DNA of 64,000 nucleotides from an uncultured delta proteobacterium (GCA_963841435.1 CAWJCS010000006.1:160001-224000); one strand, 5' to 3'. Positions 19,709 to 30,249 are shown, counted from the stretch's first letter. Numbers and translations are program-made. Notes: generated from the letters alone by a model not told the origin.

Positions 19709-20587
19709 CTAGCCCGCCTGGGCGATCGCCGACACTTCTTCCGACGAGAGCGCGATGTGGCGAGCAGCCCAGTTCTCCTCGAGGTGGGCAACGGTGCTCG
19801 TTCCCGGGATCGGCAGCATGACGGGCGAGCGCGCGAGGAGCCAGGCGAGCGCGATCTGTGCGGGGGACGCGTCGTGCTGCTTGGCGATCGCCGCGAGGAC
19901 GGGCCTGTCCTGGGTGATGTTGCCGACGGCGAGCGGGAAGAAGGGCAAAAAAGCGATGCCCTTCTGGGTGCAGAGCTCGAGCACGCCCTCGGGATCAGTG
20001 ACCTCGGAGTGGGTAAGCCTCGCGAATGCGCCGCTGCCCCCCGAGACATTGAACATGTTCTGCACGGTGACGACGGGCGTGCGCGCGAGCACTCGTTCGA
20101 GCTCGCTCGGGCTCACGTTGCTGAGGCCGACGTGGCGGATCTTGCCCTCGGCTTTCAGTGCGAGGAGCGCGTCGAGGGACTCCAGGAGCGGGATGCCGGC
20201 CGCCGGCATGTTGCGCAGGTGGACGACATCGAGACGCTCGAGCTTGAGGGTGCGGAGGTCTTCCTCGGCGCCCGTTCGGAGCTCCTCGGGGCGGAGCGCC
20301 GGCGCCCAGCCTTTGTTCGGGAGGCGTTTGCCGCCGAGCTTCGTCGCGATCACGAGATCGCGCGGGTAGGGGTGCAGCGCCTCGGCGATCAGTCGGTTCG
20401 AGACGAGCGGGCCGTAGTACCAGGCGGTGTCGATGAAGTTGATGCCAAGCTCCACCGCGCGGCGGAGGACTTGGCGCGCACGCGCGGGATCGTCGGGCTC
20501 GCCCCAGACCTCTTTGCCGGGCAGACGCATGGCGCCGTAGCCCATGCGCTCCACCTCGAGATCGCCGATGCGGAGGGTGGTCGGCAT
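19709..20587 (-). CDS. Aldo/keto reductase
   Basis: RMGYGAMRL, GINFIDTAWYYG, IATKLG, EGKIRHVGLSN, PIPGTS; alternative start 20623. Confidence 0.92.
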   Translation of the reverse strand: MPTTLRIGDLEVERMGYGAMRLPGKEVWGEPDDPARARQVLRRAVELGINFIDTAWYYGPLVSNRLIAEALHPYPRDLVIATKLGGKRLPNKGWAPALRPEELRTGAEEDLRTLKLERLDVVHLRNMPAAGIPLLESLDALLALKAEGKIRHVGLSNVSPSELERVLARTPVVTVQNMFNVSGGSGAFARLTHSEVTDPEGVLELCTQKGIAFLPFFPLAVGNITQDRPVLAAIAKQHDASPAQIALAWLLARSPVMLPIPGTSTVAHLEENWAARHIALSSEEVSAIAQAG

Positions 20588-20600
20588 GCTGATGTGGCCT

Positions 20601-21494
20601 TCACTCTGGGTAGGTTCGCTCATGCAATGAAGATGCGGCACGGGCGTCGAACCGCATTGGGCGATGTTGGCGTGCTCGTTCCGAGGGGACGAAGCTTCGC
20701 GCGTAGGCGCCCGGCGTGATGCCGACGATGCGTCGAAAGTGGCGGTGGAGCTGGCTTTCGTCGTAAAAACCGACACTTTGCGCGGCAGCGGCCGCGCGCA
20801 CGCCGTGGCGGAGCAGCTCCCTCGCGCGGGCAACGCGCAGGTGAGTCAAGTACTCGTAGGGAGGCAGCCCGACCTCGGAGCGGAAGGCGCGCACGAGGTG
20901 GAACTTGTCGAGCCGGGCGTGCTCGGCGAGATCGTCGAGGGTTACCCTGGCGGTGAGCGCTTCGTGCAGGAACGCGCGTGCGCGGCGTACGGCGAGCGGC
21001 GCACGGCCGCTCGAGGGTGCAGTCGTGCAGAGGATCTCGCTCAACGTTTCGGTCACCCGTGTGGTGCGCTCGAGCTCGGTGGCGTCGGGTCGCACGAGCG
21101 CGTCGTGCATGGCGAACGCGAGCTCGGTCGCTCGCTCGCCCTGGGCAAAGCCGGGCGCCTTGAAGTGCGGCGGCCCGCGCAAGCCCAGCGCGTCGGCTGC
21201 GGCGGCGACGAGCTCGCTCGCGAACGCCGCTCCCTGGAGCGTGAAGGGGGCGTGGACCCTGAGGGCGCGGTGGACCTCGCCGGGCTCTTGCAGCTTGAGC
21301 GAGCTGGCAAAGAGCCTACGCTCCCGCCCCCGGTACCAGCCGTCGAAGGCGCCCTCGTACACCACCACCACGGCGAAGTGCTCGGCGTAGGTGACCTTGG
21401 TGCGATCCTCCCGCTCGAGGCGAAACATCCCCGTCACCGCGGAGGTGTCGGGCCGCCAGAAGCGGGTCCGCCGGCGATCGTCGGTGGAGGGCAC
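20601..21494 (-). CDS. AraC-family transcriptional regulator
   Basis: LDDLAEHARLDKFHLVRAFR..GLPPYEYL; VGFYDESQLHRHFRRIVGITPGAY. Confidence 0.92.
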   Translation of the reverse strand: MPSTDDRRRTRFWRPDTSAVTGMFRLEREDRTKVTYAEHFAVVVVYEGAFDGWYRGRERRLFASSLKLQEPGEVHRALRVHAPFTLQGAAFASELVAAAADALGLRGPPHFKAPGFAQGERATELAFAMHDALVRPDATELERTTRVTETLSEILCTTAPSSGRAPLAVRRARAFLHEALTARVTLDDLAEHARLDKFHLVRAFRSEVGLPPYEYLTHLRVARARELLRHGVRAAAAAQSVGFYDESQLHRHFRRIVGITPGAYARSFVPSERARQHRPMRFDARAASSLHERTYPE

Positions 21495-21557
21495 CCGTCG
21501 AGTGTACGCGCGACGCGCAAGCCGGGCTTGGGCGATCTTGGCGGCCCGTGTGCGGGC

Positions 21558-23876
21558 TCAGGCCACCGCGCGTCGCTGGTACAGGTACTTCTGAAAGTCG
21601 GCAAAGACGCGGCCGATTTCGTCGGGCCGGCCCAGGTCGGCCACCGCGTCCGCGATGGAGTTCTGATAACGGAGCCGCAAAAGGGGCGTCAGCTTCTCCT
21701 GGTCGAGCTCCTCGACCCCGACGCTCACGTAGTGCGACAGGACGAAGTCGAGAAAGGCCTGCTGCTTGCTGTCGAAGTTCGCGCTGATGTCGAGCTTCGC
21801 AGTGATCGCTCGCTGTTCGCGCGTCACCGGCGTGAGGGCGTACGCGACGTTGGCGAGCACGTCGAACAGGTCGCTTTTCTCAGCGTCGATGATCTTCTGC
21901 ATCTCGGCGAGCTGCTCGCTGCCAAAGCCCTTTTCCGCGAGACCCTCGAGGAGCTTCTTCCTGGTGCCTGGCGCGCTCCACAGCGCGCGCAGCTCGGCTT
22001 CGTCCTTGAAAAAGTCGGGCAGCTTGCCGAACAGCATTTCCATGAACTGCTGGGCGGACATCGGCGTTCCGTCGGGGTGCCAGAACGTCGTGCACATCAT
22101 GTGCTGGATGACGCGCGCCTTGCCGTCGGCGAGCTTCACTTTGACCTTCCCCCGCTTCGGATACTCCGACTTTTCCGGGTCTGCCACCGCGAGCTCCCCA
22201 CCGGGTGCTGCCGGGCGCTTGGGCTCGGGCTCGAGCGGCTCGCCGTCCCACTCCGGATCGCTGAAGTGCTGGTGGGCCTTCACGAAGTCATAAATCGTGA
22301 AGTAATCCTTGCCATCGTAGAGCCGCGTCCCGCGCCCGATGATCTGCTTGAACTCGATCATCGAGTTGACGGGGCGCATCAGTACGATGTTGCGGATGTT
22401 GCGAGCATCCACGCCGGTGGAGAGCTTCTGCGAGGTCGTGAGGATGGTGGGAATGGTCTTCTCGTTGTCCTGAAAATCACGCAGGTGCTGCTCGCCAAGC
22501 TCGCCATCGTCGGCCGTCACCCGCTGGCAATAGTTGGGGTCGGAGCTCGCCTTGGCCTGGTTCACGAGATCGCGGACGGCCAGGGCGTGGTCCTGCGTGG
22601 CGCAGAAAACGAGCGTCTTTTGGCGCTGGTCGATCTGATCCATGAGGACCTGCACCCGGTGCGCTTCGCGTTCCTTGATCTCGATGATCTTGTTGAAGTC
22701 CTTCTCCTGGTAGCGCTTGCCGCTTTCGACTTCACCCTCGATGAGCTTGTCGTCTGGCGTGTAGACGTACTCGTCGAGCGTCGTCGAGATCTGCTTCACC
22801 TTGAAGGGCGTCAGAAAGCCGTCGTTGATGCCCTGCTTCAGCGAATAGACGTACACGGGCTCGCCGAAGTAAGCGTACGTGTCCACGTTGTCCTTGCGCT
22901 TGGGTGTCGCGGTGAGACCCAGTTGCACCGCTGGGGCGAAGTACTCCAGGATCCCGCGCCAGTTGCTCTCGTCGTTCGCGCCGCCGCGGTGGCACTCGTC
23001 GATGATGATGATGTCGAAAAAATCGGGCGCGTACTCGCCGAAATAGGGCGATGGCCGCCCGTCCTTCGGCGGCCCGCTCATGAACGTCTGGAAGATCGTG
23101 AAGAAGAGGCTCCCGTTCTTGGGCACCTTGCCCTTCTTGCGGATGTCCGCCGGATCAATGCGCACGAGCGCATCTTCGGCAAACGCGGAGAAGGCGTTGT
23201 AAGCCTGATTCGCTAGGATGTTGCGGTCCGCGAGGAACAGAATGCGCGGCCGGCGCGTGGGCTCCCGGCTCAGACTCCAGCGGCTTTGGAACAGCTTCCA
23301 GGCGATCTGAAACGCGATGAAGGTCTTACCGGTGCCGGTCGCGAGGGTCAGCAGCATGCGCTGGCGGCCATCCGCGACCGCCTCCAGCACGCGTTCGACG
23401 GCGATGTCTTGGTAGTAACGGCTCGGGTGAGAGCCGCCCCTGTCCTCGAACGGTACGGCAGCGAAGCGATCGCGCCAGGCGTTGGCCTCAGCGAACGTCT
23501 CGGCCCACAGCTCGTTGGGTGTGGGGTAGCGCGACAGCTCGCCTTCACGGCCGTTGCCCATGTCGACGCCGTAGATGCCCTGGCCGTTCGTGGCATACGC
23601 GTAGCGAAGCTCCAGCTTGCCGGCGTAGTTCTTGGCTTGGGCCAGCCCCTCCGTGAGCGGCTTGTCCCAGGCCTTGGCCTCGGCAACGGCGAGCTTGCGG
23701 TTGCGGTACACGAGCACGTAGTCCGCGACCACCGGCTTGCCACGCCGGCCGAGCCCTTCGATGCGGCCGGGCGCGATCGGAAACTCGCGCAAAATCTTAC
23801 TGCCCTCGACGACGCCCCAGCCCGCCGCCGCCAATGCGGGGTCGACGTGCTCGGCTCTCGTCTCGGCTTCGTTCAT
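21558..23876 (-). CDS. hsdR: Type I restriction endonuclease subunit R (EcoEI-like)
   Basis: MNEAETR, ADYVL..AEAK, LATGTGKT, DECHRG, GLTATP, QIIGRGTR. Confidence 0.95.
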   Translation of the reverse strand: MNEAETRAEHVDPALAAAGWGVVEGSKILREFPIAPGRIEGLGRRGKPVVADYVLVYRNRKLAVAEAKAWDKPLTEGLAQAKNYAGKLELRYAYATNGQGIYGVDMGNGREGELSRYPTPNELWAETFAEANAWRDRFAAVPFEDRGGSHPSRYYQDIAVERVLEAVADGRQRMLLTLATGTGKTFIAFQIAWKLFQSRWSLSREPTRRPRILFLADRNILANQAYNAFSAFAEDALVRIDPADIRKKGKVPKNGSLFFTIFQTFMSGPPKDGRPSPYFGEYAPDFFDIIIIDECHRGGANDESNWRGILEYFAPAVQLGLTATPKRKDNVDTYAYFGEPVYVYSLKQGINDGFLTPFKVKQISTTLDEYVYTPDDKLIEGEVESGKRYQEKDFNKIIEIKEREAHRVQVLMDQIDQRQKTLVFCATQDHALAVRDLVNQAKASSDPNYCQRVTADDGELGEQHLRDFQDNEKTIPTILTTSQKLSTGVDARNIRNIVLMRPVNSMIEFKQIIGRGTRLYDGKDYFTIYDFVKAHQHFSDPEWDGEPLEPEPKRPAAPGGELAVADPEKSEYPKRGKVKVKLADGKARVIQHMMCTTFWHPDGTPMSAQQFMEMLFGKLPDFFKDEAELRALWSAPGTRKKLLEGLAEKGFGSEQLAEMQKIIDAEKSDLFDVLANVAYALTPVTREQRAITAKLDISANFDSKQQAFLDFVLSHYVSVGVEELDQEKLTPLLRLRYQNSIADAVADLGRPDEIGRVFADFQKYLYQRRAVA

Positions 23877-24916
23877 GGCTTGGGGGGCTTCGACTTCCTC
23901 GGCTTCGGCAGCTTCTCGAGCTGAGCTTCGATCTGCTTCAACGTCTCGAGCTCGCCCGCGCTTTCCAGCTCGCCTCTGCGGCGAGCCTCAAACTCCTCGT
24001 ATTCCCGCTCCGCGAGCGCGTCCGCCTGCTCGCGGCTGACCTTCCCAGCATCAGGCAAAATGGCGCGCTCGTTCAAGCGCAGAAAGTCGTCGAGCCGCGT
24101 TTGCCAGGTTTCGAGGAAGATTTGCTTCCGGCGGAGCGCCTGATCCTCGGCGAAATCCAGGAACATCACGACGATCCGGTTCAGCTGGCGGATCTCGTCT
24201 TCGCGCAGGTAGTTCTTCGCAATGGTCACATCGCGCTTGCGAACCACGCCGCCCTTCCACGTGGTCAGCCCCATGTTGGGCTGGTTGGCGTCGGCGCGTT
24301 CGGCGATCAGCTCGGGCGCCGTCTTGCCCGTGGCGGCAACATGCAGCTTGTTCTGCACCGTCTGGAAAAAGACCTGAGCCTCCGGGTCGGACGGCGAATA
24401 GTCCGCGGCAAGCGCCAGGATTTCGCGAACCCGCACGTACACGCGTTGCTCGCTCGAGCGGATCTCGCGGATGCGCTCGAGCAGCTCGTCGAAGTAGTCG
24501 GTCAGGCCGCTGGTGAGCGGACTCTTGAGCCGCTCGTCGTCCATGGTGAACCCCTTCACCAGGTACTCGCTGAGCCTGGCGGTGGCCCACTGGCGGAATT
24601 GCGTGCCGCGCCTGGACTTCACCCGGTAGCCGACCGCGATGATCGCCTCCAGGTTGTAGTGCTGCGTTTCGTAGCCCTTGCCGTCCGACGCAGTTATCCG
24701 GAATTTCCGGATAACTGCTTCCTCTACCAATTCGCCCTCCTCGAACACGTTCTGCAGGTGCTCGTTGATGGTGCGAACGTCCTTCTGAAAGAGCTCCGCC
24801 ATCAGCTTTTGCGTGAGCCAGATCGTCTCGTTCTCGAACCGGCACTGGATGCGCGTCCGCCCATCCTCTGTTTGGTAGAGGACGATGCTGCTTTCCGGGG
24901 CGGTGGGGTCCGGCAT
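23873..24916 (-). CDS. rhuM: RhuM-family protein
   Basis: ETIWLTQKLMAELF, HYNLEAIIAVGYRVKS, TQFRQWAT, VQNKLH. Confidence 0.9.
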   Translation of the reverse strand: MPDPTAPESSIVLYQTEDGRTRIQCRFENETIWLTQKLMAELFQKDVRTINEHLQNVFEEGELVEEAVIRKFRITASDGKGYETQHYNLEAIIAVGYRVKSRRGTQFRQWATARLSEYLVKGFTMDDERLKSPLTSGLTDYFDELLERIREIRSSEQRVYVRVREILALAADYSPSDPEAQVFFQTVQNKLHVAATGKTAPELIAERADANQPNMGLTTWKGGVVRKRDVTIAKNYLREDEIRQLNRIVVMFLDFAEDQALRRKQIFLETWQTRLDDFLRLNERAILPDAGKVSREQADALAEREYEEFEARRRGELESAGELETLKQIEAQLEKLPKPRKSKPPKP

Positions 24917-24935
24917 CGGGGGGCGACTAACGCGA

Positions 24936-26219
24936 CTAGAGCAGGCCGGTGAAGGCTTGGTGGAGGAGTGACTTCTTCAGTGCTGCGAGCGCGGTGAGCT
25001 TTTGTTGGTAGATGTTTTCGAGGCGTTGAGTTTCGGCCATCACCGTCTGAAGCCGAGAGACGACCGCTCGTTGCTCACCCAGCGTTGGTAGGGGTATCGC
25101 TATTTCTTTGATCTTTCCCAGGCTCAGGTTCTTTTGGCGGACGCCACGGCGCTCAAGAAGCAATCGGGGTTTGTCCGCATTGATCGCATTGAGAACAAAT
25201 TCAACATCAAGCTTCGCATTTGGCCGAATTCCAGCAATGGCTTGATTGAAGGCGCCATCGCGATCAAGGATAGACATCTTTAAGGCCGCAGTGTCATACA
25301 TACCGACGAGCAATGAGCCTTTCGGAAAGAGCTTTGCATTGGAGTTGGTTAGACCTGTGCTGGTTAGCCTTCTCTCGGGCTCGACCGTAAAGGTGGAATT
25401 TAACTCACCTGATGAATACCAGGGGATGTCACCACCCCAAAACTCCTTTTGCGAGACGAGGGGTGTGCCGCCGCTCTGAATGTCGGCAACATCGCCCAAC
25501 TTTTGCTCTGCCCACCCGTTGCGGCGTTGGGTGAAGACGGATCGGAGGTGGCTTTCAAACAGGGCGCGGGCGTTTTGGAGGTTCTTTTCGGCGTTGGCTT
25601 GGGCGGTGGCGAGGCCGGCAAACGCTTCGTCGAGCACACCTACGATCCGCTGCTGTTCGGGAAGCGGGGGGAGACAAATGTGGAATGCCTTTGCCTCGGG
25701 ATAGTAAATAGTCTGATGAACTGAGCCGCTCGCGAAGCGAAGTAGGTCGTCACCCTCGGCAACAAAGACATACTTGAGAAATTCGGGTTCGAGATCGTTG
25801 CCGCAGATCCAGTTCACAAAATCCTGACTCGTCGTCATGGGGCGACCCATCACAACGACATATCCAACCGAAGCAGTCCGCGAAAGGCAGACCGTACCCT
25901 CGGGAAGGACGCGCGCAGATGAATTCTGGGTGCCAAGCTCACTGATCGTCTCGCCCGTTTGTTGGATTCGCGCACCATCGTTCGCCCGTGCATCGGCGAT
26001 CCCAATCCACGGAATGCCACCACCCCAATAGTCAGGATGCTGCCTGCTTGGCGTGTGACCGGATTCGAGCGTGGCTACCGAAGACAAGGCGGTCCACCGC
26101 CAGCCGGTCGGAGCGGGGGTTGCTGGCATTCCAACCGCCAACGCAAGCTTGGGCGGAATGCACCGGGTCGTCGCCTGCCGGCCTCCGGTTCTGCTTGTTC
26201 GAGCGGGGGCTGTAGTCAC
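24936..26219 (-). CDS. hsdS: Type I R-M specificity subunit S
   Basis: Two TRDs (SGHTP.., SGGTP..) with PPLPEQQRIV and PTLGEQRAVV spacers; locally lower GC. Confidence 0.93.
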   Translation of the reverse strand: MTTAPARTSRTGGRQATTRCIPPKLALAVGMPATPAPTGWRWTALSSVATLESGHTPSRQHPDYWGGGIPWIGIADARANDGARIQQTGETISELGTQNSSARVLPEGTVCLSRTASVGYVVVMGRPMTTSQDFVNWICGNDLEPEFLKYVFVAEGDDLLRFASGSVHQTIYYPEAKAFHICLPPLPEQQRIVGVLDEAFAGLATAQANAEKNLQNARALFESHLRSVFTQRRNGWAEQKLGDVADIQSGGTPLVSQKEFWGGDIPWYSSGELNSTFTVEPERRLTSTGLTNSNAKLFPKGSLLVGMYDTAALKMSILDRDGAFNQAIAGIRPNAKLDVEFVLNAINADKPRLLLERRGVRQKNLSLGKIKEIAIPLPTLGEQRAVVSRLQTVMAETQRLENIYQQKLTALAALKKSLLHQAFTGLL

Positions 26220-27679
26220 ACCAGCGCTCTGATGTTCTTCAGCACAGCCGCGCTCTGGGCGTCCAGAGAACCGATTTCTTCCATGATTTGCTTCGGCGTA
26301 CGATGCACAACTTCCTCGCCGACGTTGGGGTTCTTCACGGAAAGATCGAATGTCGTCGGGTCAATCGCCTTCGCATCCACGCTCCAGCTCTTGGGCGAGT
26401 TGGCAAACGTCTTTTGCAGCGTGATGAACTCGGCGAGATCGGCGTCGTTGAGCGGGTTGGTCTTGCCCATGCTGCGGCCCGGATCGAGCTGGTAGAACCA
26501 GACTTTGCGGGTGGGCGCGCCCTTTTCGAAGAAGAGCACGACAGTCTTCACGCCCGCGCCCTGGAACGTGCCGCTCGGGCAGTCGAGCACGGTGTGTAGG
26601 TTGCAGCTCTCGAGCAGCAGCTTGCGCAGGCTGACCGAGGCGTTGTCGGTGTTGGAGAGGAAGGTGTTCTTGATCACTACGCCGCCGCGGCCGCCGGCTT
26701 TCAGGATCTTGATGAAGTGCTGCAGGAATAGGAACGCGGTTTCGCCGGTGCGGATGGGAAAGTTTTGCTGCACTTCCGGGCGCTCTTTGCCGCCGAAGGG
26801 CGGGTTGGCCAGGACGACGTGGTAGCGGTCCTTCTCCTGAATGTCGGCCAGGTTTTCGGTGAGCGTGTTGGTGTGGATGATGTTCGGCGCTTCGATCCCG
26901 TGCAGGATCATGTTCATGACGCCGATCACGTAGGCGAGGGACTTCTTTTCCTTGCCGTAGAAGGTGCGCTCTTGCAGCGCGCGGTCCTGAGCGGTGGTGC
27001 GTTTAGGGTTGGCGTGTTGGAGGTAGTCGAAGGCCTCGCACAAGAAGCCTGCGGAGCCGACGGCACCGTCGTAGATGCGCTCGCCGAGCTCGGGGCGCAC
27101 GACTTGGATGATGGCGCGCTCCAGCGGGCGAGGTGTGTAGTACTCGCCGCCGTTGCGCCCGGCGTTGCCCATGTTCTTGATCTTGGCTTCGTACAGGTGG
27201 GAGAGCTCGTGCTTCTCGACCTGCGAGCCGAAGCGCAGCTCGTCGATGTGATCAATCACCTCGCGCAGGTTGTAGCCGCTGGTGATGCGGTTTTTGATCT
27301 CGCTGAAGATCTCCCCAATCTTGTATTCGATGGTGTTCGGCCCAGTCGCGCGCTGCTTGAACCCCATCAGGTAGGGAAAAAGCTTGCCGTTGACGAAGGC
27401 GGTCAGATCATCGCCGGAGAGGGCGACGTTGTGGTCGATCTGACCGTCCTTGGTCTTCGGCGCCGCCCAGGTTGGCCAGCGATACGCTTTGTCGAGGATG
27501 AAGTCGTACTTCCGCCCGTCGAGCTTCGCCTCGGTGGCCTTGTCGGCTTCGAGAGCGTCGAGGTACTTTAGAAAGAGCAGCCAGGAGCTCTGCTCGGTGT
27601 AGTCGAGCTCGCTAGTGCAGCCCGCGTCCTTCCAGAGGACATCGTTGACGTTCTTGAAAACCTGCTCAAACACGGTCAC
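26216..27679 (-). CDS. hsdM: Type I R-M N6-adenine methyltransferase subunit M
   Basis: GEYYTPR, YDGAVGSAGFL, ANPPFGG. Confidence 0.95.
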   Translation of the reverse strand: MTVFEQVFKNVNDVLWKDAGCTSELDYTEQSSWLLFLKYLDALEADKATEAKLDGRKYDFILDKAYRWPTWAAPKTKDGQIDHNVALSGDDLTAFVNGKLFPYLMGFKQRATGPNTIEYKIGEIFSEIKNRITSGYNLREVIDHIDELRFGSQVEKHELSHLYEAKIKNMGNAGRNGGEYYTPRPLERAIIQVVRPELGERIYDGAVGSAGFLCEAFDYLQHANPKRTTAQDRALQERTFYGKEKKSLAYVIGVMNMILHGIEAPNIIHTNTLTENLADIQEKDRYHVVLANPPFGGKERPEVQQNFPIRTGETAFLFLQHFIKILKAGGRGGVVIKNTFLSNTDNASVSLRKLLLESCNLHTVLDCPSGTFQGAGVKTVVLFFEKGAPTRKVWFYQLDPGRSMGKTNPLNDADLAEFITLQKTFANSPKSWSVDAKAIDPTTFDLSVKNPNVGEEVVHRTPKQIMEEIGSLDAQSAAVLKNIRALV

Positions 27680-28306
27680 ACATCACTTCCGTGGCCTTTG
27701 GCGCGTCCAGTCGCATCGCGACGCGGAAACTTATCAGGATTTGGGCGGGGCCGAGGTTGACTCCCGAAACCTCGAGCCGGTGCATGTGGCGCTTGGCGCC
27801 TGGGTCTCGGGCCGTCTTCCCTGGCGCTGCCCGCCTTGGCTCAGGGCGGGTCGGTGAACGGGTCGCTCGGTGACGGCGACGGGGCGTCGTCTGCGTCGCG
27901 CGAGGGCGCTGATTCCGTGGCGGTCTCATGCGCGTGTACAGGTCCCGCGGCGGGCGAGCCCGACTTGCCGAGCACGGCGGCGACGTTCTCCGCGATCTCG
28001 TCGAGATCCGACACGCTTGGCGTCTGATGCTTTCGACGAGCTTCGACTTGGACATGGTGCTTGGCATGGGTGAGTCTCCGGGGGTGCGCTTTGAAGTAGG
28101 GAAGTGCATCACGTCGGGAGGTTGCGTGTAAAGAGCACGGGGAGCGCACATTGCGTGGTGACGACGCTCACGTGCACCACGCCCCCGTTCCGACGGTGCA
28201 GGGCGGCCAGGGTGTTGCGCCATGGCCGCCAGCTGGCTGTGCTGATGAGAAGCGCCGAAACGTGCGGCGTGAGGGCCGGGCATGCACCTTGTGACGCCGC
28301 TCGGCT

Positions 28307-30055
28307 GTGGGCCACCCGGCGCACGACCTCGAGCAGCACGGCACGCGCCGCCCCGACGGCTACGCCCGCCGCCGGCCGGAAGACACGGTGCTCTACCAGA
28401 CCGTGGCCGAGCGCTGGCCCCTGTTTCGCGAGCAGATGGAGCAGCAAGGCGGGTTGCCGAAGTTCGTGGTGAGGTAGTTCGAGGAGTACTTGAAGTGCGG
28501 GATCCTCGAAGAGGGTTGTCTACACCTCGTGTGCCGGAGCTGCGGCTACTCGCAGGTCGTGGCCTTGAGCTGCAAGAAGCGCGGCTTCTGCCCGGGCTGC
28601 CTGGGCCGGCGGATGGCCGATACGGCCGTCCACTTGGAGGAGCGCGTGCTGCCGGCCGTGCGAGTGCGCCATTGGATTCTGCTCTCTGCCCTGGGGCCTC
28701 AGGGCGCTGCTCGGCTACGACCGGGAGCTGTGCGCCAAGGTCGTGAGCGCGTTCGTGGGCGAGCTCTGCCGCTCGCTGAAGAGGAGAGCAAAGCGACAGC
28801 TCGGGCTCGCGAGCGTCGCGCAAGCGCACACCGGCGCCGTCTGCGCCGTGCAGAGGACGGACGGGGCCCTCCGGCTCAACGTCCATCTCCACGTGCTCTC
28901 GCTCGACGGCGTCTACGTGCGCGACTCCGAGAGCGCCGCGCTCGTGTTCGAAGAGCTCGGCACGCCCAGCCACGCCGAGGTGCTCGACGTGGCCCGGCAC
29001 ACCGCCGAGCGCGTTGACAGGCTGCTCCGAAAGAGCGGGCGAAGCCTCGAGCGCGAGGGCGACGACGCCGTGCCCGAGCTCGTGCTCGACGAGCCGGGGC
29101 TCGCCTCCTGCTACGCGGCCGCCGCTCAGGGCATCAGCGTGGGCGGCGAGCGAGCGGGACTGCCCCAGCTCAGGCTCGTGTTCGGCACCGGCGCCGCTGC
29201 CGAGAGAGCCGAGCCCCGCGCCGACGACCCGGTCGCCGACCACCGGGGCGTCAACGTGCACGCCAAGCAGTCCGTCGACGGCCGCGACCGACGACAGCTC
29301 GAAAGACTCTGCCGCTATGTCACGCGGCCTCCGGTTGCACAGGACCGGCTCGCTCGCCTGCCAGACGGCTCGCTCGAGCTCCGCCTCAAGCACCCGTGGA
29401 AGGACGGCACGCGCGCCGTCGTGCTCGAACCGGATGATCTCTTGGTCCGGCTCGTCGCCTCGGTGCCCCCGCCGCGCTGGCATTTACTTCGGTACTTTGG
29501 CGTCATCTCGAGCCATTCGCGACTGCGCTCAGAAGTGGTCCCGCATTCGCCCGCTGATCCAAGTGCCACCGCGCCGCCGCCTGCTCCGGGCGATCAGCTC
29601 GAGCTCGCGCTCGATGCCGACAGTGACGAGCCCGCTCCGAGAAAGAGATGGGCCTGGCTTCTCAAGCATGTGTTCGCGGCAGATTTGGATACTTGCCCGC
29701 GCTGTTCGGGGCCGATGCGTTGGATGGAGGCAGCGGCCACCGCCGAGGCGGCTCGCAAGCTGCTCGCGCGCCTTGGGCTCGGTCCGCGTCCGCCGCCGGC
29801 ACCCAACCCACCGCCGCTCGGGCAGCTCGCGCTGCCGTTCCCGCGGTGAGCCGGCCCAATCCGGCTTCGCCTTGGCCGAGCGTGCGTGCGCTTGCCGCCC
29901 CAAGACCCGAAAAGCCGGCCCTCTTCCGCTCCCCCTCCTGCTCTTTTGCCCTCTCGCCCCTCTCGCCTCCCCACCGCGGCGGGGTCAGGCGTCACCCACC
30001 AAAGCCTCCGCCCGCCCCTCACCCTCGTTTTCCCAGTTCGAATGCCCTTGGCGCC
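28307..30055 (+). mobile_element. IS91/ISCR-like element copy 4 (full-length transposase with TAG at 28475 and +1 frameshift near 28678; left end not defined)
   Basis: GTG 28307 ...YARRRPEDTVLYQTV..LPKFVVR*FEEYLKCG; stop 29849; ends ...CCCTTGGCGCC. Confidence 0.9.
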
Positions 30056-30249
30056 ACCTTGCCCGGCTCGACGCCGTGCTGCGCGAGAAAGGCGCGATAG
30101 GCAGGCACGTCTTCGGCGGCCGAGCGGAAGAGCGCGAGCAAGCGCCGTTCGTGGTCTTCTCGCGTCGTCGGTTCCGGCGGGAACCGCTCGGCGTAGAAAG
30201 CCCGGAAGGCGGCCAGCACCTCGTCGGAGCTCGTTTTCGGGGAGGTCAC
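30056..30249 (-). pseudogene. 5' fragment of a phenylacetate-CoA ligase-family gene cut by the IS end
   Basis: LLALFRSAAEDVPAYRAFLAQHGVEP followed by IS sequence. Confidence 0.65.

Noticed and set aside
28025-28067. MPSTMSKSKLVESI resembling an HU-protein N-terminus
   Set aside because: Only about 14 residues before similarity is lost; too short to call
28236-28280. Hammerhead-like CTGATGAG..CGAAAC upstream of the copy 4 transposase
   Set aside because: Stem II is only 1 bp, the candidate cleavage triplet would be GUG, and stem I does not pair convincingly
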